Shown piece by piece: positions 25,547 through 32,000 of a stretch of DNA of 32,000 bases. The position numbers and the translations under genes are program-made. Numbering within the stretch: position 1 is the first letter of the stretch; each line of letters opens with the position of its first letter. This DNA comes from Nostoc sp. PCC 7120 = FACHB-418 (GTDB lineage Bacteria; Cyanobacteriota; Cyanobacteriia; Cyanobacteriales; Nostocaceae), in contig NC_003272.1 in the NCBI RefSeq assembly GCF_000009705.1, positions 750,001-782,000 of the forward strand. The letters are read 5' to 3'. The notes below the pieces were generated by a model that did not search any database, was not told where the DNA came from, and was given only the letters and a program-made list of their open reading frames with translations.

Positions 25547-26992
25547 CTAAATAGCAATTAGTTGGTTTTCCAAGTAATTCTGAAGTTTTTGAGCATATAC
25601 ACTATTAAACGAACGGTTTCTGCCGGCTCTAATTTCTTCTCCTGCTTCTATAAAAACTTCTACATCAACAAAATTTTCTATTTGTTCAGCCAAGGTTTTC
25701 AGATATTCGGGTTCAGGAGGAATTGAGGTTAAACCTTTGGTATGAGCTTTTTGTAACATAGTATCGAGTAGTTTCTGTACCGTTAATATACGTACTTTAC
25801 TCAAAAGTTCACCAGGGTTTAATATTCGTCGTGTTTGATCCCAACTTGTCATATCCAAAAGAAGTTGAACTTCCTTTAAAGACTTACAATCACAGTAATA
25901 TAGTTGTAACCCAGGAAGATATTTTTGCGCTAGCGGAGCGTAACTTTTACTGTTTTGTAACTTGGCAATTGTCTGACTAATTTCTTGGGCGATCGCCTCA
26001 GACAAAATCAATTGTAATTGTTGATGTAGAAATTCAATAATTTCTTGTTGTTCTAAATGTGATTCATCGTAAGAAACCGTGGGTAAGTCTTTTCTGGGTT
26101 TATATATGCCAGTATCATGATCTGGAACTTCTAGAGGTTCTCGATAACTCCAAATATCATATTGTCGCAGTTGACTTGCTACTTGTTTGAGTTCTCGTTT
26201 CAACTCATCTGTAGTTTTGATGATGATGTTATGTTCTTGCAAGCAAGCCAGCATTTCCTGCAACTGTGAAATCGTGGGGTCTGGACATTTTCCCACTTCC
26301 ATCTGTTTTCTTTCACGTCTATCTCGTCGGTAGACTGCATGAAATACCGTTATTAGTTGGCGCGATCGCTTGACTAAAAGTTCTAGTTGTTTGGCTCTAA
26401 CTCGGTTTAATAATGACCAATCACTATGATGTTGAAAACCAAATTCTGCTAAAAACTTTCTTAGTTCTGGATTTTGCTTAGTTTGCAAGTAAGTCCAATT
26501 ATCTAGACTCATACTTGATTGAGACCCATGCTTAAATTTGCGTAAGACTTCCACCGTAAACAATTTATAAGTTGTTGTGTGAGGAACGCCATGCTCATCT
26601 AAGACTAATTGATTTTTGCGATCGCTATCCAAAATCACTAACCTGTTGCCATCATCATCTAGCACACAACTTAATAAATCTTGATAGCTGAAAGATTTTT
26701 CACCACTGAAGAGACTATCAATTTTTTGACAGGCTTTCAGAATCGGGTAGGAAACATAGCACCGTAGACACAAACCAGCAAGGCCACGATTGAGCAAATC
26801 CTTTTCAGCCAGATGATTGGCATAAAAATTACCTAGCAGGGTAGATTGGATGTCATCATTTTGGAAATCATGAACTTGTTGCTGAAAAAAATCCCGTGCT
26901 TGAGACAGATCAGACTGTTTGTATCCTACTTGTTGATTAGCAAGATTAATACGCCAAATTGTCCAGTACCTTGATATTGATGCAGCATTCAT
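25547..26992 (-). CDS. Sigma-70-like / HetZ-like putative DNA-binding regulator
   Basis: 481-aa ORF. The C-terminal LPGLQLYYCDCKSLKEVQLLLDMTSWDQTRRILNPGELLSKVRIL looks like a sigma region-4 helix-turn-helix. The N-terminal GLAGLCLRCYVSYPILKACQKI...FSYQDLLSCVLDD resembles the atypical sigma-like proteins I recall next to DUF1822 genes. The CDS is solid; the function is inferred. Confidence 0.6.
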   Translation of the reverse strand: MNAASISRYWTIWRINLANQQVGYKQSDLSQARDFFQQQVHDFQNDDIQSTLLGNFYANHLAEKDLLNRGLAGLCLRCYVSYPILKACQKIDSLFSGEKSFSYQDLLSCVLDDDGNRLVILDSDRKNQLVLDEHGVPHTTTYKLFTVEVLRKFKHGSQSSMSLDNWTYLQTKQNPELRKFLAEFGFQHHSDWSLLNRVRAKQLELLVKRSRQLITVFHAVYRRDRRERKQMEVGKCPDPTISQLQEMLACLQEHNIIIKTTDELKRELKQVASQLRQYDIWSYREPLEVPDHDTGIYKPRKDLPTVSYDESHLEQQEIIEFLHQQLQLILSEAIAQEISQTIAKLQNSKSYAPLAQKYLPGLQLYYCDCKSLKEVQLLLDMTSWDQTRRILNPGELLSKVRILTVQKLLDTMLQKAHTKGLTSIPPEPEYLKTLAEQIENFVDVEVFIEAGEEIRAGRNRSFNSVYAQKLQNYLENQLIAI

Positions 26993-27361
26993 ATTTATTT
27001 ACTGCTTTGCCTCACATTAGCTGAGATGTTAAGTCACATACTTGCATTAAATAACTAAATGTCAGCATTTTGAACATATGCAGCTAAATCGCAGTTATTT
27101 GGCTAGTTATTTTTGTTACGGAGGGTTTATTCGGCGGATTTATTGCTGCTGGGTTGAGCTAGATCGGGTGCGCCAGCTATATCTATTCCTGCTAATCCCA
27201 TTCCCGCCGACCATTTCACGGGGTCAGCATCTTTAGGTAAAAAGAGAACCGCGATCCCAATCGCTCCACCAATAGCGGCTAAAAGCTTGGATCAAATTAG
27301 CTTGCATAGTTTTTGACAATATGAATTTTTGGCTCAGTCATAAATACAAACAAGATGTTTC

Positions 27362-27570
27362 AGCTTATGCAGTGTCATATAACGTTTCTCATTTTAGTCA
27401 GGTACATCTGGTTGATGTCAGAGGTTAGAGATTAGTAATGAGTCAAGGTAACTTTGCAGCTTTAATAGCATTCATCACTCTAGCTGCCACTTTCTTTTCG
27501 CTTGCAGAGTATATAGCACACAACTGAGAATCGCTATAAAACAACCTCTCAGAAAAATACTGCATAAGCT
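27362..27570. repeat. 209-bp module bounded by the same inverted termini as 16825-17045
   Basis: CAGCTTATGCAGT (27361-27373) faces ACTGCATAAGCTG (27559-27571). The 12-nt core AGCTTATGCAGT is identical to the termini of module A. The module encloses a 29-codon hydrophobic ORF (27438-27527). Confidence 0.65.
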
Positions 27571-27619
27571 GATTTTGATAACACCTATGAAATCAGTGAA
27601 AAGTTAATCAACTGATACC

Positions 27620-28216
27620 ATGCAATCCATTAACATTACAAGACTTTCTGTCCTCAAGCCAGAGTATGACAACCTGTGGAATAGCTGTCAGATTAGACCT
27701 GAGTGGCTAGAACGTACTAAAAAAGTTGTCTTGAACATTCAAGCGAAACGCGATCGCTATGAAAGCGTAGGCACACAAACTAACATTCCTTGGTATTTTA
27801 TCGGCTGTATCCATAACATGGAAGCATCTTTAAACTTTAACAGTCATCTTCATAATGGTGATTCGCTTAAAGCTAGGACTCATCGTGTTCCAAAAGATAG
27901 GCCATTAAATCCCCCTAAAAATGGTTGGGATATTGGCTATTCCTGGGAAGAAAGTGCAGCAGATGCACTGATTATGAAAGATTTCCATAAAGCTCAAGAT
28001 TGGAGTATTCCTGCTCAGTTATGGCGGCTCGAACTTTACAATGGTTTTGGTTATAGGCTGCATCATCCAGATGTGCTAACGCCTTATCTTTGGAGTGGTA
28101 CGCATCACTACACCAAAGGTAAATATGTTGCCGATAATAAGTGGAGTTCTGATGCTATTTCTGAGCAAGTGGGAGCAGCCGCTATCTTAAAACTATTGTT
28201 ACCTGAAATTAAATAA
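27620..28216 (+). CDS. Putative lysozyme-like / peptidoglycan-active protein, no signal peptide
   Basis: 198-aa ORF. IPWYFIGCIHNMEASLNFNSHLHNGDSLKARTHRVPKDRP...GYSWEESAADAL...LELYNGFGYR resembles what I recall of the COG5526 'lysozyme family protein' group, with a candidate catalytic Glu in NMEAS. This is recalled from memory and not verified. Confidence 0.45.
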   Translation: MQSINITRLSVLKPEYDNLWNSCQIRPEWLERTKKVVLNIQAKRDRYESVGTQTNIPWYFIGCIHNMEASLNFNSHLHNGDSLKARTHRVPKDRPLNPPKNGWDIGYSWEESAADALIMKDFHKAQDWSIPAQLWRLELYNGFGYRLHHPDVLTPYLWSGTHHYTKGKYVADNKWSSDAISEQVGAAAILKLLLPEIK

Positions 28217-28248
28217 CTATCCTATAGCTTTAGTTTAAATCTTTAAAG

Positions 28249-28279
28249 ATACCAGGACTTTTTGTCCTGGTATTTTTTG
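28249..28279 (+). terminator. Rho-independent terminator
   Basis: Stem ATACCAGGAC (28249-28258), loop TTTTT, stem GTCCTGGTAT (28264-28273), then a T-run. Confidence 0.8.
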
Positions 28280-28392
28280 ATTAACTAGTTACAAGTGCAT
28301 AAGTCATTTAACAAGACAACTATTAAAAAATAACAGCCATTACAAAATATTGTTTGGCGATATCAAGGAAATTCAACTAGAGGATTACATCC

Positions 28393-29280
28393 ATGCAATT
28401 AGCAGAAATAATAGGTACACAAGAAAGTATTAGTTTAGAGAATTTAGAAAATAACTCTGGACTAGCAAAAGAAGTGCAAAAACAATTAATTGACTTAGGT
28501 TTATTAGATCCACCTGCTGATGGTAAATTTGGACGTTTTTCTACTCAGGCACTTAAGGATTTCCAATCACTCATGAAAATAGAAGAGGCGGTTCTAGGTA
28601 AATCAACTATCCAAGCTTTAATGGAAGTTAAAGAAGTTATTCCTTTTCAGTTGAGTAATAATTTAGCTAGCAGAATTATTAAGTATATGCAAAGTAAAGA
28701 TTACTTTGTTGCCAGAGGTAAACAGAGATACAACATTGTGTATATTGAAGGTGCTAACGCTGATGGTGTACCCAATGCTGATAAATTCAATGAATGGAAC
28801 GATCGCCGGATTGTGATTGAAATCGCTACGGGAACTCCGCAAATTGTAGGTAACTGGCTAGCTACCACAGAACCAGGATATTATTACACAGTCGTCGAGA
28901 TCAAGAATCCCCAAGGTGCAGCGAGAATTGCGTTTGGGCAATATCAATCTTGGCAAGTAGGAACACATGGGAACTCTGATCCGCATGAAGCACTGGTTCA
29001 AACTGGTGTAGTTAAAGTACATCGCGATCGCAATAAAGATGGATTTCGGACTGGAGATCCTGAAGATACTGGTCGTTTCGGAATTAATCAACATTGGGGT
29101 TATGACAATAAATTCGTTGATAAAGCCAGCGCTGGTTGTTTGGTAGGACAATCTCGTCAGGAACATAAAGAATTTATGCAGACCATTAAACAAGACCGTC
29201 GCTACCAGTTGAATAACAAATATACTTTCATGTCAACCATTATTCCTGGTGATGATTTAGCCAAAACTGTCCCTGCTTGA
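28393..29280 (+). CDS. Peptidoglycan-binding (PG_binding_1-like) domain protein with a C-terminal putative His/Cys cell-wall hydrolase or L,D-transpeptidase-like domain, no signal peptide
   Basis: The N-terminus (VQKQLIDLGLLDPPADGKFGRFSTQALKDFQ) is the PGRP/PG_binding_1 motif. The C-terminus (NIVYIEGAN...TTEPG...HRDRNKDG...GINQHWGYDNKFVDKASAGCLVG) carries an H...S-x-G-C motif reminiscent of the YkuD-type catalytic site. Confidence 0.6.
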   Translation: MQLAEIIGTQESISLENLENNSGLAKEVQKQLIDLGLLDPPADGKFGRFSTQALKDFQSLMKIEEAVLGKSTIQALMEVKEVIPFQLSNNLASRIIKYMQSKDYFVARGKQRYNIVYIEGANADGVPNADKFNEWNDRRIVIEIATGTPQIVGNWLATTEPGYYYTVVEIKNPQGAARIAFGQYQSWQVGTHGNSDPHEALVQTGVVKVHRDRNKDGFRTGDPEDTGRFGINQHWGYDNKFVDKASAGCLVGQSRQEHKEFMQTIKQDRRYQLNNKYTFMSTIIPGDDLAKTVPA

Positions 29281-29835
29281 AATTAACTTGCAGAACCAAT
29301 TGGCCGTGGCATGGTAAGGGATAAATGAGCAACTGATGCTGTTGACGAATTCAAAAAACGCTCGTTTTTGGGGAAGTCAATTCAGTGTGTTTTGTCCATT
29401 TATGCTAAAAAAACCAAGTTACTACTTAGTAAAAAGGGGATAAAACAATAGAGTGAAATCCCCTCTGAGTTTCTCTCCGCAGGGGAAAATTATAAACGAA
29501 ATTGCATAAAAGCTAAATTAGTAACTGATAAGTGAATAAGAGGATATTTTAAAAGTAATTGATGATGTATTAAATACTTTTATCTCCCCCTAAGTATGTC
29601 GGCATCTTCGGATACAGCCAACTACTTTTAAAACATCCTCTAAGATTAATATACGTCAGCACCTGAAGTTGTAACCGAGTAAAATTCCCAGATTTAATGG
29701 TAAAAATCAGCTTTTTTACTATAAATGGGTTATTTCATGTCAGCAATACCTATCTAATGAGCATATCACTAGTATTTTGAGTATTTTGCGAAATACACTT
29801 CAAACGTCAATTATCTTGAGATAATCAACAGAGTC

Positions 29836-30402
29836 ATGTTCACAATAGATGATCCATCTTTAGCTAATGTTCTAGGAATGATGGCATTAGTTACCTATTG
29901 CATTACATTATTGCCCACAATTTTGAGAATTGTCTTCCCACAAACAAAAGAGACTGGTATTCCTAAATGGTTGTTAAAACGCCGCCGCATGATTGGGCTT
30001 ATCTCTTTCTTTTTGGCTTTGGCTCACGGATTTATGATGATACAAAAGAGAAATTTTGATTTTTTTGACTTCAAGACATTTGTGATTTACATCCAGGGAA
30101 TTAGCATTTTCACGATTTTTACAATTCTCGCTGTTACTTCTAATGATTGGAGTGTCAAAAAGCTTAAATCTAACTGGAAACAATTACATAAACTCACTTA
30201 TTTAGCCATGTTTATTCTAACCTGGCATATCTGGGATAAGATGTCTGGGCATTGGACATATTTAACTCCTATTAGTATTGTGATCATTGCCGGAATCACT
30301 GTTCTATTTATGCTGAGAATGTGGATGGAACACCAAGTGAAAAGAAAGAAATTTGATGCAAAGATAAATCCAGAAAGGTTGCCAGATAATGTCACTAGAT
30401 AA
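29836..30402 (+). CDS. Ferric-reductase-like transmembrane heme-binding protein (YedZ/MsrQ family-like)
   Basis: 188-aa ORF with about 5-6 TM helices. His residues sit in TM helices (LALAHGFMM; WKQLHKLTYLAMFILTWHIW), as in MsrQ/ferric reductase domains. Confidence 0.55.
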   Translation: MFTIDDPSLANVLGMMALVTYCITLLPTILRIVFPQTKETGIPKWLLKRRRMIGLISFFLALAHGFMMIQKRNFDFFDFKTFVIYIQGISIFTIFTILAVTSNDWSVKKLKSNWKQLHKLTYLAMFILTWHIWDKMSGHWTYLTPISIVIIAGITVLFMLRMWMEHQVKRKKFDAKINPERLPDNVTR

Positions 30403-30446
30403 CGTCAATATTAGTCAAGTATATTGTGAAATGAGAGAGCCTATCG

Positions 30447-31547
30447 ATGCCATTAAAACTAATTTCCAAGAAAAGTACAGCAGCGTTGGCAATTAGCACC
30501 ACAGTAGCCTTGTTTGGAATCAGTTTGTCTAGATTAAAGTTGCCATTTGAGACGTTTACACATAACGTTACATCTGTCCCCATAATTCAACCCGATCGCA
30601 CCATCAAAGACCATTCAGCGTGGATTTATGCGATCGCCATTACTCCCGATGGTAAGACTCTAGTCAATGGCAACTACGATGGCACGATTAAAACTTGGAA
30701 TCTGCATACTGGCAAATTACTCCACACTTTTAAAAGTCATACTGATGCCGTGTCATCCCTAGCTATGAGTGTTGATGGTCGTATCCTGGTTAGTGGTAGT
30801 TGGGATAACCGGATTAAGCTCTGGAATCTGGAAACAAATACTTTAATCAGTACCCTTGATGGACATAAGGACGATGTACAGACAGTTGCTATCAGCCCCA
30901 ACGGCAAGTTAGTCGCCAGTGGTAGTGCCGACAACACGATTAAGCTTTGGAATCTGGATACCCACAAACAACTCTTGACACTCCAGAATGCAGACTGGGC
31001 GAGGTCTATTGCTTTTAGCCCCGATAATCAGACCTTAGTTAGCGGTAGTACCAACGGCTCAATCAAAATTTGGCAGTTAACTACCCCCCGTCCAATACCT
31101 CTCTATACCATCATCGGGCATTCTCAAGCCGTCAGGTCTGTTGTCATTAGTCCAGATGGACAAACCCTAGCTAGTGGTAGTGTCGATCAAACCATTAAAC
31201 TTTGGAGTTGGCGCGATCGCAATCTCTTACGCACACTCACAGGACATTCTGGAGCAGTGTGGTCTGTAGCCTTCAGTCCCAACGGTCAAACCTTAGCCAG
31301 TGGTAGTAACGACAGAACAATCAAACGGTGGGATATAGCTACAGGTCAACTCATAGATAACTTTGTCGGGCATACCAACCCCGTTTGGTCAGTTACCTTC
31401 AGTCCAGATGGGCAGACCCTAGCTAGTGGTAGTGGAGATCAAACCATCAAACTTTGGTCTATTAAGAGTGACACAAGTTCTCAAACTCATACTCAAAGTA
31501 ATACTCTTTCCCAGACCAAATCCAAATATCTGAAGCAAATACGATGA
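30447..31547 (+). CDS. WD40-repeat protein (about 7 blades) with an N-terminal signal-anchor
   Basis: The N-terminal hydrophobic segment is AALAISTTVALFGISL. It is followed by repeats of GH...V.S.A.SPDGQTLASGS.D.TIKLW. Confidence 0.88.
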   Translation: MPLKLISKKSTAALAISTTVALFGISLSRLKLPFETFTHNVTSVPIIQPDRTIKDHSAWIYAIAITPDGKTLVNGNYDGTIKTWNLHTGKLLHTFKSHTDAVSSLAMSVDGRILVSGSWDNRIKLWNLETNTLISTLDGHKDDVQTVAISPNGKLVASGSADNTIKLWNLDTHKQLLTLQNADWARSIAFSPDNQTLVSGSTNGSIKIWQLTTPRPIPLYTIIGHSQAVRSVVISPDGQTLASGSVDQTIKLWSWRDRNLLRTLTGHSGAVWSVAFSPNGQTLASGSNDRTIKRWDIATGQLIDNFVGHTNPVWSVTFSPDGQTLASGSGDQTIKLWSIKSDTSSQTHTQSNTLSQTKSKYLKQIR

Positions 31548-31916
31548 TGAAATATAGCCAAAAATATTTAATCGCAAATCACACATTTAATAGTGGTCGA
31601 TGGACGTTGAAACTAAATGGAAGAAGCCCGCCACTATCAATCCAAAATTGTTGAGAGTGTCCTATTTAATGTTAATTTAAAAAACGCTCTCATTTCTTCT
31701 TCCCTTTCACCTGTTACCTGTCACTTATTACCTATGTTTTTGCAGGAGCAAAAAAAATCATAAAAGTTATGAAAAGGATCAATCTCAAGTTGTAGATCAA
31801 TGTATATCTACAAAAGTGAAATTTAACCACCTAAGTAGATAAAGTTCCCTCTTTCAATTCAGTTGAACTTAATTTTCCCCACAATCAAGCAACAAAAAAA
31901 AGTACAAAGGATTTTT

Positions 31917-32000
31917 ATGCCAGATCAAGTTATCAATTGGAACAATGTATACTTGCAAACAATCCGGTCAAATGGTGGCGCTCCTACATGGATCTCCCGT
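31917..32000 (+). CDS. Start of a PAP2 / vanadium-haloperoxidase-superfamily-like protein; partial, runs off the right edge
   Basis: ATG at 31917 gives MPDQVINWNNVYLQTIRSNGGAPTWISR. The pattern VI.WN...L..IR....PP..SR is the usual N-terminus of this family. Only 28 codons are visible. Confidence 0.4.
   Translation, partial: MPDQVINWNNVYLQTIRSNGGAPTWISR

Noticed and set aside
28858-29193. 111-aa minus-strand ORF
   Set aside because: It is antisense inside the PG-binding protein gene.
27620-29280. Interpretation of the two cell-wall-active genes as an intact prophage lysis cassette
   Set aside because: No holin/spanin, terminase, capsid, tail or integrase genes flank them in this window. At most they are remnants, so the prophage label is unsupported.
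30737-30967. 76-aa minus-strand ORF
   Set aside because: It is an antisense shadow of the second WD40 gene, with the same mirrored repeat pattern as in the large WD40 gene.
1-32000. Search for tRNA, rRNA, tmRNA and CRISPR loci
   Set aside because: I found no T-loop/acceptor-like consensus (GGTTCGAATCC-type), no rRNA-like conserved blocks and no repeat-spacer array by eye. A tRNAscan/Infernal run is still needed to exclude small RNAs.

Overview
This window is chromosomal DNA from a filamentous, Nostoc/Anabaena-type cyanobacterium. Three things support that by eye. The HIP1 octamer GCGATCGC occurs at least about 20 times. STRR-like heptamer tracts (TGACTGT/CAACAGT) are present. The gene content is typical: thf1, cpcT, ndhS, hemF. 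Positions 1-15650 are ordinary housekeeping sequence. They hold thf1 (partial), a CpcT/CpeT bilin lyase, a STAS protein, hemF, an SRPBCC protein, an Mrp/ApbC Fe-S carrier, a RodA-like protein and ndhS. They also hold a conserved hypothetical, a CPA2 antiporter fused to USP domains, a UDP-xylose synthase plus UDP-glucose dehydrogenase pair, ybaK and a class III adenylate cyclase. From about 15650 onward the sequence looks accessory and visibly more AT-rich. This part has long non-coding gaps, IS and MITE debris, and a GH13 amylase. Its most interesting content is a co-oriented minus-strand cluster at 19057-26992. The cluster encodes a sigma-70/HetZ-like putative regulator, a DUF1822 protein and a roughly 1540-aa CHAT(caspase-like)-STAND NTPase-TM-14xWD40 protein. 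The reading frame of that large protein is broken at an A8 homopolymer. Next to the cluster are two signal-peptide-less peptidoglycan-directed proteins, a MsrQ-like heme membrane protein paired with a membrane-anchored 7-blade WD40 protein, and the start of a PAP2/haloperoxidase-like gene. Two intergenic modules of about 210-220 bp are bounded by the same 12-nt inverted termini (AGCTTATGCAGT), and each ends 50-60 nt upstream of a gene. I found no tRNA, rRNA or CRISPR array. All functional calls rest on motif recognition in the translated ORFs; no database search was possible.
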